Below are positions 28,140-42,455 of a stretch of DNA of 64,000 nucleotides, piece after piece (the first letter of the stretch is position 1; every line of letters begins with the position of its first letter). Position numbers and translations under genes: made by a program. Source of the DNA: Eledone cirrhosa (lineage: Eukaryota); assembly GCA_964016885.1 (NCBI GenBank), contig OZ024742.1, forward strand, positions 124,868,001 through 124,932,000, read 5' to 3'. The notes under the pieces were generated by a model. It saw only the letters and a list, made by a program, of their open reading frames with translations. It did not search any database and had not been told where the DNA came from.

Positions 28140-28790
28140 GCTGCCAATACAAAGACACGCACCTACTGGTTTTCACTTCAATTTGTAATCCAATATAGGA
28201 AAGATTCATCAGTACTCAACCAACATGCAAAAATGGAACATAGGGCCACACTAACGAACATAGAAAAAAAAACATATTCACACACAGAAAAGACGCAAAT
28301 GTTCAACAGCTTACAGAATCGACAAATTTAAACGAACTCCAACAAAAATTAAACAGAAAACAAGAGTGGAATGGCAACAGCGACACAACAAATAATTAAA
28401 GACACAATAAAGACATACAAAGACAAAGTAAAGAATACAAGCCAGACACAGACAGATAGAACAAATAAACAACTAGTGAGAAGTAAATAAACACATAAAT
28501 AAATAAAGACACACACAACAGGATATAACGCATTCTCAATTCAAATACAGAGCACATAGCTCACAAAAACAAGATGGTGTAGAGCAGAACAAAGGAGAGA
28601 CAAAAAAATAACAAATTAATCACTGAGAAGGAGATAGAATGTGTGACGAAAGTGCTTTGACAATAAACAAATAAAAAACACTGTTAATAAGACCACCAAA
28701 TGGAAACCTGTCATAAATTGAAATAAAAACAAAGAAGTGGGTGTGCGTTTATTGGCACCATGATCCCGCCCGACGGTAAAAATATGAATA
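28140..28790 (+). mobile_element. Decayed PLE 3' end with short inverted 5' copy; related to 50240-50545
   Basis: Shares caagatgg.gtag..cagaacaaaggagag.caca and gtgtgacgaaag..ctttgacaata with 50.4 kb. 28141-28178 is inverted relative to the 3' end. Confidence 0.55.
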
Positions 28791-28819
28791 TGTGTATGTA
28801 TATATATATATATAAAATT

Positions 28820-31217
28820 CTGAAACCGGTAATAGACAATTATTAAATATATAAATAAATAAATAAATTTCATTGTTAATTAATAAATAAATAAACTAGT
28901 ACCTTAACACTTCACACAAAGTAAAATATTTTGTTTTAAACCTTTTCTAACCCAGAAAAAAAGAGAGAAAAAAAAAGGGAAAAAAAATATTTTTCTTCCA
29001 ATAATCGTATGTTTCTCCCTATTTTCATATATATATATATATATTCCAACTCGTGTGCTCCTTCTCCACATTTTATTATTATTATTTACTCCCACACGAG
29101 ATGTAGAAAATGCCTACTAAAATAAAAACAGACTCTGCTCACATTAGCATCAATCAAGAACTCCAAGAACTACAAAAAAAATAAACTCTAATTTCTCAAT
29201 ACTCAGCAACAAACTTAATTCTACAAGTGAAGAAACAATCCCCAAATACACATCCTATTAAATCAACGACAATGTCAACAACTTATGTGAAACAATGAAA
29301 ACGCCCCTGAATAACAACACAAACCCTATTCAAGCGAACGAAAAAACACATGACACTAATACACTTACAACTTACCAAATAAAAAAACAAATTAATACCA
29401 CAATGGTACACATCTCTTAAAAACAGGAAATTCTCCTTTTGGAAGATGATACAAAATAATAACAAAGCCGAGATCTATGAAAAATAGATTAACTCATCCC
29501 CATTAATCATTTCCCGCAAACTACAAATTAAATCCATCCCAAACGAACCCGAGACACACAAAGACGCCTCAGGGAAAGAATGGCACTTGATAACATAAAA
29601 ACCGAAATTGAACTCCTTAAATTGAGAGCCCAAGCAAATGAAGATAGGATCAAATCAATCGACGATGAGATAAATCAAGCAATAATCAATAAAACCAAAG
29701 ACTCCAACCTAGAAAATATTTCAAAACTATGGTTAGAGGACTGTAATAAGGAAGAATTAAAATCCCTTCAACGTTGGGAAATAAACGAAACCTGGTTCTC
29801 TAACTATAAAACACTTTTCCAAAAAGAACAGGCATCCAAGAACCTCTTCATTAAAACCATAATAACAAGAAAACCCAATCACCACCCAAACACCACACAA
29901 CAACCAACAACAACAAAATAACAATACCTCCCCACATACCAAAAAAGAAGCAATGACCTCGCCCCTACCTCCTACACCCACCACATAGCTACCACACGGA
30001 TTCCCAAGCAACAAATATAATAATTGTTTCTACTTTTGGCACAAGGCCAGCAATTACCCAGTACATTACTGGTACTTTATTTTATTGACTCCGTAAGGAT
30101 GAAAGGCAAAGTTAACCTCGGCGGGATTTGAACTCACATCGTAAAGGGATGTAACTCTTTGCGTCAAAGCATGGCGTCCGACCCTCTACTGATACTGCCA
30201 TAGAGAAACATCAGCTACAAGATATACACTACAACTTCTCTGCCACCAGGAGAAACCATAGAATCCCCCACACTTACCCCCCCCCCCTAAGATCCCCCCA
30301 CAACAAACCCACAACCATCATTACTTTCAACATAGAACCCAAAATAAACAACTACCACACATGCCACATAGGGTCTCACAACCACACACCAACTATGAGG
30401 AAACCATAATCTACCCTCCTCCACTAACCACATGGCTCAATACAACCACACGAGACACCCTAACTACTACAACCACGATAACTACACACCATACAACAAT
30501 AACAGCAGGGCTCAATATAACCACACAAGATAACCCTACTACAACTACCACCAAGTCTACACATCCTACAACAACAGAAGGGCTCAACACAACCATATGA
30601 TACAACCCAACTTCAACCACCACCACAACTACACACCCTTTAACCACGTCCATCAAATCTACACCCTACAACAACAGCAGGGCTCAATACAACCACGCGA
30701 TACAACCCAACTTCAACAACCACCACAACTACACAGACTTTAACCACGTCCATCAAATCTACACACCCTACAACAATAGCAGGGGCCAATACAAGCATAA
30801 CATACATCCAAACTTCAACAACCACCACAACTTCTGTAGTCATTTTTTAAACACAGCACACAGACACAAGGTAACAAGGTAACACAAAACACACAGGAGA
30901 CACAAAATGTAATAAAAATCGTTAATTTAACCCCCAAAGGTATGAAATTTATACCAAACCCCCAACGACCAAACTAACCAGAAATGAAGTAAGATATTGC
31001 AGAATTCTGTAGAAAACTAAAACTCAGCGAGCAACTATACGACGATTACAATGAGGATGACTCAATAGCTAGAAATAGAAGCGACTACACCCCACCAAAA
31101 GGCAAGAACAAATTCCTCAATCAATTCTGGGAACACATTACTAATTACCCATACCACCACCTACACAAACATAAACAAAAACGAAACCTTCCTAATAATC
31201 GTCTTTTTCTCCCTATT

Positions 31218-31250
<33 letters not shown>

Positions 31251-31300
31251 TCTAACTCGTGTGCTCCTTCTCCACATTTTATTATTATTATTATTATTAT
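28820..31300 (+). mobile_element. Internally deleted Naiad-like PLE: N-terminal coding remnant (~29100-31180) between ~110-bp direct repeats (28990-29095 / 31188-31300)
   Basis: Homology to 8.2-9.5 kb (RKFSFWKMIQNNNKAEIY, IELLKLRA, KGMKFIP, EFCRKLKL). HHR half GAAACCGGTA at 28822. The repeat ...ctcgtgtgctccttctccacattttattattatt occurs twice. Confidence 0.75.
30020..30199 (-). mobile_element. tRNA-derived SINE inserted in the Naiad-like remnant
   Basis: ggatgaaaggcaaagttaacctcggcgggatttgaactc. Confidence 0.85.
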
Positions 31301-31319
31301 TACATATATATATATGCGT

Positions 31320-31883
31320 TTTGTCCCAGATAGACGTATTCCTCAGTCTAGATGTGAACATGCGCCGAGACATTGAGAGGGAGATCTCGCAGAGAGTAAG
31401 GCCCGGATGGAAGGCGTTTAATGGCATAACAGATGTTTTCAATGGGAGGTTAGACAAGACTAGCCGCACCAACGTCTTCAATGGCACAGTTTTACCTGCA
31501 ATGTTATATGGCAGTGAAACTTGGGCTACAACGAAGAGAGAAGAGCAAAGCCATGGAGAGATCAATGCTAGGTATCTCGTTGAGAGAGCACATCAGCAGC
31601 GAAGTCATCAGACAGAAGTCCGGCGTGAGGGACGTCATCACGGAATATATGCGCAGCAAATTCAGATGGGCTGGACATGTCACCCAGTTCATCGATAATC
31701 GGTGGACTCACTCAGTTGCCGAGCGGTACCTGTGCGAGCCGAAACGACCACTCGGAAGGCCTCAACGAAGGTGGAGTTACGATTTTAGGAAAGCACGTTC
31801 TAGAGAGGAATGGACGGCGTGCTGTGACCAGCGACGCTGAATGGACGCCCGACAGACTGGTCGGTCAGGGTGATCAAGGTGAT
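31320..31883 (+). mobile_element. 5'-truncated RTE-clade LINE (RT C-terminal/thumb remnant)
   Basis: EISQRVRPGWKAF..TVLPAMLYGSETW / AMERSMLGISLREHISSEVIRQKSGV..KFRWAGHV..RPLGRPQRRW; short tandem tail caaggtgat. Confidence 0.88.
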
Positions 31884-31947
31884 ATATGCGTGAACCTAAT
31901 AAATCCCTTCCATATATTGTACCGTTTGTGTTGTTATATCTGTTTAC

Positions 31948-32101
<154 letters not shown>

Positions 32102-32274
32102 ACTGAACAAAAAGGAAAAAAACGAACACAGACATATATATATGTGTTCAAATCGTAATGTACCAAACTCGCTAAGGTGAAAAAATACTAACTACAGACA
32201 ATAGGGAATGCTGGACTCAAATTAAGAACAAATTATGAAAAATAAATACAAACTAGTATCGTGGTAACTACCAT

Positions 32275-32355
32275 CACCCAGACGGTCTTTGATATAACCG
32301 TTTCGCAATAATATTTGTGAAGAGAAATACCAAATTCCAAGCTCATCAGTGGGTG
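32275..32355 (-). ncRNA. Hammerhead ribozyme, monomer-type, intact
   Basis: Minus: caccca CTGATGA gc...gc GAAAC GGT tatatcaaag ACC GTC tgggtg; 6-bp stem I; 5-bp stem III; GUC site. Confidence 0.8.
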
Positions 32356-32734
32356 TTGAAATTAGTAAACTCCTCACTTCTACTACTAAATCAAATAGAA
32401 AACTGGAAAGTGTGTGCATATATAACTCACATGGTTCCCGAACTTAGCGTCTCGCGTAGACGTACGCCACTAAAAATAGCAACCGGGTCTACACGACATT
32501 TGAAATAGCTCTACGAATTAACGGAGCCGAATATATCAAATCTTGTATTGAGTTAGAAACTCAAAATAGTCTCATTACGGTAAATTAGCTCTAGGAAAAA
32601 GGCTTTTCCGAGCCGTATTTTCTCCCGAATGAAACAGTTCTAGCTCTGAAAAAGCCATTTCTATATCAAATATTTATACTCTGCTATGTATTGAGTAACT
32701 TACTGCGGTTACGCCTGATTGAACCCGCGATAAA

Positions 32735-32799
<65 letters not shown>

Positions 32800-32972
32800 A
32801 ACAGAGATAGCTTAACGCTAAACTCCGACTGACAACCATCTCACTCAACAAACATTAGGTTATATGTTAGTATAACCCAATTTAAGTGTTTGGGGTGCTA
32901 ACTATATGTATTTTGTGGAAAGCCAGTTGTATTATTTTATGAGATATAATTAACGTTAAAATATATCTCTCT

Positions 32973-33097
32973 TTCCAAACAATTGTTTCATTATAAGTTT
33001 TCTACAAATTGGGAGAATGTTTCCAGTTTATGTAAAAGCCTAACATATATTCATGTAAGAATATATTTAGGTGGGCTCTTATAAATCTTCAGTGGAA
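32973..33097 (-). ncRNA. Hammerhead ribozyme with ~80-nt stem II loop
   Basis: Minus: ttcca CTGAAGA t ttataag...cttataa t GAAAC AATT GTT tggaa. Confidence 0.75.
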
Positions 33098-33284
33098 GCC
33101 CATTAAACTTTGATATGAGAAAAAATTCTTACCGCAGTTAATAATCGTGTCTGCTAAGCTGCTCCTTCACGCATCGAATGACCGCCAAATTTGAAATTCC
33201 AGCAGTTTTTGACTGAGGAAGTTTCATAGCGTCACGAAGCGGGAAAGGGAGACAACCATGATAAACGAGAAAAGAAAAAAATAA

Positions 33285-33660
33285 TATACACTCGGGTTAA
33301 TTAGTTTTTTCAAAAACATTATCAATCCAACGTGTTAAGAACTCAATTGAAATTAAAAAAATAAATGTATGCGTGTATTAATTACACACGCATATAGATA
33401 TTTTCTTAGGCTAAAAACAGAGGTGATACTAAAACAACAAACCGCATCACATCACCGCAGCAAATACTGAAGGTTACACTTTAAAGGCGATTGGGAATGT
33501 AAATCTCTGGCCAAATTATGAGTAAAATATTTAATACACGCAGGTTAATTAGTTATTTAAAACTATTATCAATTCCACATGTTAAGGACTCAATTAATTA
33601 AAAAAAATAAATGTATGCATGTAATTATTTACACACGCATATATATATTTTCTTAGGCTA
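33285..33660 (+). repeat. ~125-bp direct repeat (33285-33413 / 33534-33660), unclassified
   Basis: gttaattagtt...actcaatt..aataaatgtatgc...ttttcttaggcta occurs twice. Confidence 0.75.
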
Positions 33661-33666
33661 TATATA

Positions 33667-33821
<155 letters not shown>

Positions 33822-35965
33822 GAATATAGCAAGGAACGCTACATAATTTCGTCCCATCTTGATGACAAGATCTGGGGATATAATTATATCTTACAATTTG
33901 CTATACACGCACGCACCAATGTATACAGACTGTTATACAAACTCCCACACACACAAGCATCCTAATAACCACAATTAAAATTCTGTTACACCCAAGTAAT
34001 ATTGAAGAGATAGAGTCACCAGTGTGTGTGTGTGTGTGTGCCTGTGTTAGTGTGGTTTCATATGTACATGGACGTGTGTCTGCTTGCGTCTGTGCGTTTG
34101 TGTGTATCTTTGTGTGTATCTACCTATACGTAAGTAGGTATATACCCATCCATTTATGCAACATGGCCAGACATGAACTTAGAAAGGGGAACAAAGATTT
34201 ACATTGACACACACACCACCAGTAAACTCACTCTCTCTTTGCATTCCTCACTCTCTCTTTCTGGCTCTATCTCACTGTCTCTTTCTTTCTCTGCCTTTGT
34301 GTCTCACTCACGTACACACAAACACAAAAATACAAAACCACCTCTCAGATACGTGAATATACACATTTTGTAGTATTCGAATCGTAGGAAAGTGCTAACG
34401 CATGAGGAGTTTAAACGTGAAACTGACAAGAACAATATCAACGAGAATGAAAATGAAATATAGAAAACAATAGATAAAATTGAAATGTGGATACACACGG
34501 CATTTATATATAGACATACCTGAAACACATGCTCACATAGACAGAGAGTCAGGCATTGTCATACATCTACACATAATTGGAACAAAGTAAATATACAAAG
34601 CAAAGTTGTTGCTATAATATTTCACCTCAGATGGGTTCTGACAGTGTTTCAAAACACGCGTATTTTTTCATTTTGGGGAGATATTTTCAGAAAACCTGTG
34701 ATTCTAATTCGTATGCAGCACTTTTCTTTGTCAAACGTGACTTTCGTGGTGCATAAATGTCTTATGTTGTTATCTTTTTATTTTCCATTTGTAATGAAGA
34801 GCAAGAAGAATTTTCTGATAAAGGAAATGTTATTTGCTAAAATAAAGTGACAACTATCATGAGCTAAATACGAGCTCCAGTGATAACCACCTTTTATAAA
34901 TATATTAATTCAAGTATAAGAGAAACGAGGTGTTGAAAACACTGTACATGGGTGATTAAATTGTGGCTATGTAATTAAATCTTACCGCATTGTCAAGGGA
35001 CTAAATATTTGTAAAGTGGTTTATATATTCGAATATAGACCCGTTGATATATCTGAGTCAAATTGTATTTGTCTAGGATTGTTTGTTAATGCATTTAACA
35101 AAGAAATCAAGATTTAGAAGGACGGGATGTATCTTTGTTTGGTGTTTTGGTATCTTAAATCTCATATAGCATGAATTAATAATGTTTATAATATCTTAAA
35201 CTATCTGAGGTGAGTTATTGTAAATATTATGACTTAAACTCATGTTTAGAAATGAAAATATAAAACATTTTAATATTTTCATTTACACTAATAATGCTTC
35301 GCTGTGATTGCTAAAACAAATTGAAGAATTGTGTTTAGATCTGTTTAATCTACATTTACTGACAAATAATTTAATAAAAGATCTAATACAAAATAGCGTT
35401 AATACGTCACATATTGACGATCGGAAATGAAAAGGATGGAAACGTAGTTATAATGAGAATATTGAAAGATTTATCATCTCGAAGGCTGAATTGAAACTCC
35501 TAATTCTGTTAGAAATATCTATTATCAATGGTGTTACACATAACAGTTACTTTAACAGTATCTAATACTTAGGAACGATAGAAAATCTATATCACAATAA
35601 CCTTTGAGCTCCGAATGGCAAACGAGGAAACGAACGTAACTAAGTCCTGCAAAGTATTTCATCTGCCTCCTAAATGTATATCACAGTACTATTAAAAAGT
35701 TTAACAGTAAAATCCTAAGGATGTTTTGATGGACTTAGTCAGTAAAAATTCAATGCTGGTTGTTAACAACCAGGAAAGAAGTAATTGTTTTATAATGAAT
35801 CAATGCATCGTCTCGTAACTCCCGTGGGACTATTGACATGAAGTGTTTCCAGAATATTTGAAAACCTGGAAGTGCCGTTCTTATCTCCATATCTGAGTGC
35901 AGCAGATTTCTTCCAGAGAATTATAGAGATAAAGAGAATGGAAGTGAGAAAGATATATAGGGAGG

Positions 35966-36050
35966 AACCGACCCCAGTATATGACTGGTACTTTTTTGTC
36001 GACTTGGAAGATGAAACCGAATTCGACCTTGGCGGCAGGATTTTAACTCA
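35966..36050 (-). mobile_element. Degenerate SINE fragment
   Basis: gaccccagta...ctggtact...gacc.tggcggcaggattttaactcag matches the reverse complement of the SINE core. Confidence 0.55.
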
Positions 36051-37098
36051 GAGAGAGAGGGAGGAAGAGAGAGAGAGAGAGAGAGAGAGAGTGAGAGAGA
36101 GAGTGAGAGAGAGAGAGGGAGAGAGAGAGAGAGAGAGAGCAGAAATGAATAACACAGAGCAATGTATTCGACGTTCTTAACGAATATACCAGTCTTTATG
36201 AAGAATAACGGATCACAATAATTTATTCCAATGTCTACACATTTTCATATGAGGATTAAAATTGATTCTCTAATAAGAGATAGCTTGTGAGAAATGGAGT
36301 CAATATTTCATTTACTTCCTGAATCTGCATTACGTACGCTGTTAATGTAACTTGTAAAAGCCGGGATGTCACAACTTTGCATGCTCTTCTCCTTAAATAT
36401 TTAGGCATTTTGTTTAGCCATACAAATGTCAACAGCAAACGCAATAACGAAACTAAACCATGACTAGTTTTTTTAAAACTAGTTACATGGTCTAATATTT
36501 TAGTGAATGTAATGCGATATAAAGGGCAGAAATCCCCAGCAGTATTAGAAGTGAAATTGATATAAAATAATTTAAACTAAAGATTAATTCGTTCATGATT
36601 CTATCATATATCTAATTAAAATTGGAGTAATATTCAGATTTCATGACATGTTAGTAATTTTGTAAGGGAAATGCCACCTCAAGTTAAAATAATAAAAATG
36701 TAATGACGAAAATAAAAATAAAAACATAAATATATGCGAGGAATATTGTATTTATTGATAAGACAACTATTTGAAATAGAATTTCTCCCAAATCGTGATT
36801 AATCTAGGCAAGTATTATTAATAGCAAAATAAAAAGACAAACGTTAGCACTTTCCAGATAGCGGAATAAAACATTTTCAGATCCCCTGATAAAGGCATCA
36901 TCTTTAAAGCAATATAATTATTCTGTATGCCCGCATTAAAACAAAATAAATAAATAACCAACAAATACCATTAAAAATATTTTCTCGTAGAGGAGAGAAT
37001 TGGAAAGGTCTAGAAACACCGCTAGATATAAAACTAGTATTGCTCGAAACAAAGTATGTACGGTAGTAAAATTATAAAATTAATATGAAATTTGTATT

Positions 37099-37197
<99 letters not shown>

Positions 37198-37476
37198 TAG
37201 AATCCAGGGCTGAAATCGAAGGGAGTAGAACATGCTGGTATTATTGCTCACTCTACTCGGTTCCTTTTATAAAGATGTTAAATCTTCTGAAGAGATACAC
37301 ACATATTTCAATATAAACTAGAGTAAAGTATAAATATTATTCCACTTGGGTTCTATAATTATTATTGTGGGTTACATTTTGCCTAGTTGTGTGATTCAAG
37401 AAAAACTTCGTGTCGGAAAAAAATGAGACGATTAAATGATTTATGAATAATCTTGTGTGTCATCTTCATTTATATT

Positions 37477-37568
<92 letters not shown>

Positions 37569-38399
37569 CACACAAATATATATATATATGTGTGTGTGTG
37601 TATGTGTGTGTGTATATATGATGGGATGTAGGGAATTTTCGCAATAAATGAGATATGCTTTAAACGTGTGTCGATCAAAACTTGTTTCAGAGTACTAACC
37701 AACTTCATATTTCTCATATGGCAGTTGCACTTTTTCGTCTGGACCCAGGATTTCTGCTAATGCAATGAGCTTCAATAAGTATAATTTACAACTTGCCAAA
37801 TAAGGTGTCTCCAAGAAGCACAGCGTATTCTGTATTAGTTTCAACAGCCGACATAATTATAGAGGGAGAATGAAACCGTTCGTCCTCTGCGAGCGTAAAA
37901 TAAATTACCGCTAAAATATAGTTGTCTGCAGCAGGTAGTGACGTCACGTGAAGAGGAACCACTTATCTATCACAATAGGATAGTGTTAAATGGTAGCAAA
38001 AATTCAAAATAAAATAAATGTCAAATATACAGCCATAATTCATATCTTAACCAGTTTGGCAAAATTAAATAGAGAATTGTAATGAAACGGAGATGTAAAA
38101 GAGGATGTTAATATAATCTACCTAACTTTCTGGTTGTTCTCTTAACTGGAATAATATATATATATATATATATATAGTGAATGATTGAAGAATAACAGAG
38201 TCGGCTGTTATAACAAGGGGCTTTATTTCAAGTATTAACAATTGTTTCATTGATCATGTGAGTCTAAAGGTGGATAATCACTCGAAGTTGCGTCACTCGA
38301 TCTTAAATACAATGTTTACCTGTACGAAGTTGTATGTTTCCCTACTATCTATTTTGTTGAACCAGTCTATTACTTCGTTAGTGTTATCCCCCAAAAACT

Positions 38400-40278
38400 G
38401 AAAATATCTGATAGAACCGAGCCTCTAACCCCTTGTAACCCCCTGTTTAACCTAAAGGATCATAAAAATAATTTCGAAACAGACCCCACAATTAGATTAA
38501 TATGCCCATCGAAGTCGGATATAGGTAGAATTAGCAAGTATATACTAGATAGAGTAATATCACAAAGCAAGGACAAACTAGTAATTAAGCTATGGAGAAA
38601 CACTAACGAAGAAATAGACTGGTTCAGCAAAATAGACAGTAGGGAAACATCCAACTTCGTACAGTTTGACATTAGCGACTACTAATCCTCCATCTCCCCA
38701 GTCACCCTAGATAAAGCGCTAACCTTTGCCCAGAAAAACACGAACCTAACCTCAGATGAAATTAGAATAATACTAGCTGCTGGGAGAAATATCATTAGAT
38801 TCGAAAATAGTTACTGGGAACGAAAAAACAGACAAAATAGCTTCGATATCACAATGGGATCTAGCGAGTCAGCCCAGGTAACATACATAGTTGGAATATA
38901 TATAGCGCATAACTTACATAAGGAATTTAATAACCTCCAAGGAGGAATTTATAGAGACGACACACTCCTTTTAGATAAGAACTTAAATAATCAAAACGTG
39001 GAAAGATTACGGAAAAACATCAGTCTTCTTCAACAAACTAGGCCTAGGTATCACTTTCGATCTTAACTCTAAAAAATCAAACTTCTTAGATGTAACACTC
39101 AACCTAAACACAAGATTAATAAAGCCCTTCCATAAAATAACGAGAATCTGGCATACACTAGTTATAACTCAAACCAACCTGGATCCATAATTAACTCCAT
39201 AGCACATAGTATTTCCCTCAGAATATCCCGCCTATCTTCGAACACGCAAACTACTATATAATAGCTTTACATAGGGCAGGACTTGAGGAGGGGCTCAAAT
39301 ACATACCAGATAGAGACACCAACAACAAACCTAACGACAGCTACACTACCCACACCTATAGAAATAACAAACATAGGACTAAACATAGAATTAGACAACG
39401 AGTACCAGAAATAACTGAACCGAATACTAATATAGGGACCCCTAGGAACTATAGAAAATTCAGAGATAGGAAATACTGATGGTTCAATCCAATATTCAAC
39501 TCCTCTATAAAAACCAAACTACCTTCTACGTTCTTTAAGCTAATTGACAAACACTTCCCTAAACTACACAAACACCATAGAATCTTTAACAGAAAAACTA
39601 TCAAATTATCTTACTCTACTGCAGCCAACATAGAATCACACATAAATAAAATCAACTACAAAAGAATCTCTAAAGAAAATAACCTACCAACATACACCAT
39701 AGCACCAAATACAAAACGCAAACACATCGCAACATCACAACCACTCACACAGGGCGCATCACAACAAAATATTAATGGTCCTAAATCTCAACTCACCCAT
39801 AACAAAATGCAAAACCGCAACGGAGAACCTACACACAGGAAGGCCTCCAACTGTAACTGCCACCTACCGGATAAGTGCCCACTACAAAATAGATGCTTGG
39901 AATCAAGTATGGTGTACCTGTGTACTATAAATTCAAGCAACTTAACATGGCACTAGATAGGTTCCACGGCTGGGGAATTTAAAAAAAAGATGGTATGTTC
40001 ATAGACACTCTATGAAGAACCGTAAACTAGAGAACTCTACAACGCTGGGTATTAAAATCTGGCAGCTTAAGAACACAAACCAGGAATATAGGATTAGCTG
40101 GACAAAATTATTGGGAGCAAGGGCCTACAGCAATGGAATGTCCCACTGCGGACTTTGCAATATAGAGCTATTCCATATATTAAAGTACGATAAGATGCTG
40201 CTTAACAGCGAAATAGAAAGATCAATTTTCTGTAGGCACAAAGCAGCTACCAAGTTCACAAATTTCAAACCAGCATGA
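38400..40278 (+). pseudogene. Frameshifted PLE RT and GIY-YIG endonuclease
   Basis: KDHKNNFETDPTIRLICPSKSDIG, VQFDI, FDITMGSSESAQV..GGIYRDD, FLDVTL, CNCHLPDKCPLQNRC, IGST, CGLCNIE, LLNSEIE. Confidence 0.9.
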
Positions 40279-40903
40279 TTCGACCCAGTAATCCTAACAT
40301 TCGAGCTGAACCATCCGGATTTTAATGTACGGAATACATACCACCACACTGTTATTAGCTGTCAACTGACCGACTTGTCACTAGATCATAAATCTCCTAA
40401 CCTTTCTTTCACTCTCTCTCCCTCCCTGAAGCCGTATCAACCCCATTAAGATAGGACAATCAGCAGGCTAAACATTTAACACACACACATATCAAAATCC
40501 CCCTAGATCCGTCCCTCCTTAGCCCTTATGTCTCATCCTCGTATCTCTCACGTAATTTTTTATTTATTGTTTTTTATCTTTCATCTGTCATTTGTTACTA
40601 CCTCTTATTCTCTACTTCTAGCCCTTTGTCCACCACGTATGTATGTATGTATCTAATGTTGCTTTACGTGTTAGTACTACCGCCACCACCCACATCATTA
40701 TAAAGACACTTACTCACCACCACCACCACTATTATCAATTATATTCTGTACTTACATATTTTTTTACTTATTTTTTTATTTCCTTATTTTTTTACTTTTT
40801 ACATCTGTAACTATTTACCTCTTTATCATTTTTTTTATTATTGATGTTATTGTTGTGATTCTACGCTGTATCTCTATATACCATTGCCATATATGAGTTC
40901 TCT

Positions 40904-41016
40904 AGTAATCTGATGATTTGATCAGAGGTAAACACTGTATTTAAGGTCGAGTGCCGCAACTTCGAGTGATTAGCGGCCTTTAGACTCATCTGATCAATGA
41001 ATCAATTGTTAATACT
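40904..41016 (+). ncRNA. Hammerhead ribozyme with long stem II; GAAAC mutated to GAATC here but intact in the inverted copy
   Basis: agtaat CTGATGA t ttgatcaga...tctgatcaa t GAAtC AATT GTT aatact; 38232-38258 retains aacaattgtttc. Confidence 0.68.
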
Positions 41017-41241
41017 TGAAATAAAGCCCATTGTTGTACAGCCGACCATGTTATTCTTCAATCGATTTCTATTATTACTCCAAGTATAACCTGCATAGGA
41101 ATTCTCGCGAACTCACTACCTAACTATGGGAACAGCTTGTTGAGTCAAACAAAGCTGTACGTTAAACTATCCCCAATACAGGGTACTCATTACCTCTAAC
41201 CTATAACGATAACTTGTTATCCCATATATATATATATATAT

Positions 41242-41940
41242 AAGAGACATAAAATAAGAAAATTATAAAATTAACTTACTTGCTAAAATTTCACTCCAAC
41301 TAATTAGTTTCTGAAAGAGAATAAACATAGTTTCCTAAGAAACGTACGGAGAAGCCTTTCGTCATCAGGGAAGTCTATTCTCAGCTAAGTTTCCAGGTAA
41401 TACGTGGACACAGGGAACTTATACAAAAATAATTCAGTGGATGGAAAAAAGCAAAGCGTGGACTAAATTCCAAGCCATTGAAAAAATCGCTGCCTACTGC
41501 GTCGGTGGCAAATTCAAAAGAATCTATCACGTGACATCGAGGTAAATCAGTGAAAATTTCACTCCAACTAAATACTTATGCTAGCAAATATATAGGTTTT
41601 GTCTTAGTAGCTTTATTTTTCAATGGCTTGGAATTTAGTCCACGCTTTGCTTTTTCCATCCACTGAATTATTTTTGTATAAGTTCCCTGTGTCCACGTAT
41701 TGCCTGGAAACTTAGCTGAGAATAGACTTCCCTGATGACGAAAGGCTTCTCCGTACGTTTCTTAGGAAACTATGTTTATTCCCTTTCAGAAACTAATTAG
41801 TTGGAGTGAAATTTTAGTAAGTAAGTTAATTTTATAATTTTCTTATTTTACGTCTCTCATATTATTGTTCTGCATCCCATGCATTGAACCACAAAGTTAC
41901 TAAAACAAAACCTATATATTTGCTAGCTTAAGTATGCATC
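41242..41940 (+). mobile_element. Foldback mini-element (arms 41242-41488 / 41615-41858, tail to ~41940) with HHR-like CTGATGA core
   Basis: Near-perfect inverted repeat of about 245 bp. gagaatagac-ttcc CTGATGA cgaaa...tta ggaa-actat-gtttattc; stem II/III assignment is ambiguous. Confidence 0.8.
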
Positions 41941-41994
41941 TGTGTATATATATGTTACTAGATATACTAATTCTTTATATATATACTATAAAAT

Positions 41995-42455
41995 CACAGG
42001 AGGCTGGACTAGTGTAAATCCTTGAAAGGTTTATTATACTATGATCATGTCAATGACCGGGTTCAGTATGAAACCGGTTACATCATCAGGTATTCAAAAT
42101 ATAACAAATATAACAGATAAAATCCATGGGGCTGAAAATCAGAGACAAGTGGATGATCGACCATTTAGCAGCTTCTACTTCGGTCGGCCGCCCTCAAGTG
42201 TTGATTATTAAGTCTACTTATGACCATCTGGTGAGGGGGCGCAAGCTTATAATATGCTACTACTTCTCCGTCAAAGAGAAATGTCAGCGTTGAGGTCATG
42301 CTTCGATCAATCTGATCATGCGTGCTCGAAATTGCCGTGAAAAATGTTTTTTCCAAAGAACATATCTTCAACAAAGACATATAAAGTGGGCGTCTGTACG
42401 GTATAATGTGTCGACAGACATTTCGGTTAACAATTAGAAACGTTAAACTTATGTT
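41995..42455 (-). mobile_element. PLE-like 3' end family, copy 1 (copy 2 at 63170-63620)
   Basis: The two copies align by eye with moderate divergence. Both end with HHR + AATAAA next to a TA tract. Confidence 0.7.
42036..42093 (-). ncRNA. Hammerhead ribozyme (GAAA mutated to GACA)
   Basis: Minus: atac CTGATGA tgtaaccggtttcatactgaacccggtcatt GAcA TGATCA TA gtat aataaa. The 63209-63256 copy keeps GAAA. Confidence 0.65.

Larger units (their letters stand above)
38177..41223 (+). mobile_element. 5'-truncated decayed Hydra-like PLE with inverted 5' copy of its 3' end (38177-38321 vs 40926-41070), in (TA)n
   Basis: RT and EN remnants, HHR at 40904, tail to about 41223. Confidence 0.85.

Noticed and set aside
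41716-41785. SECIS element at ATGAC...
   Set aside because: There is no matching 3' GA quartet or apical AA at the right spacing. It is better read as an ambiguous HHR-like core.
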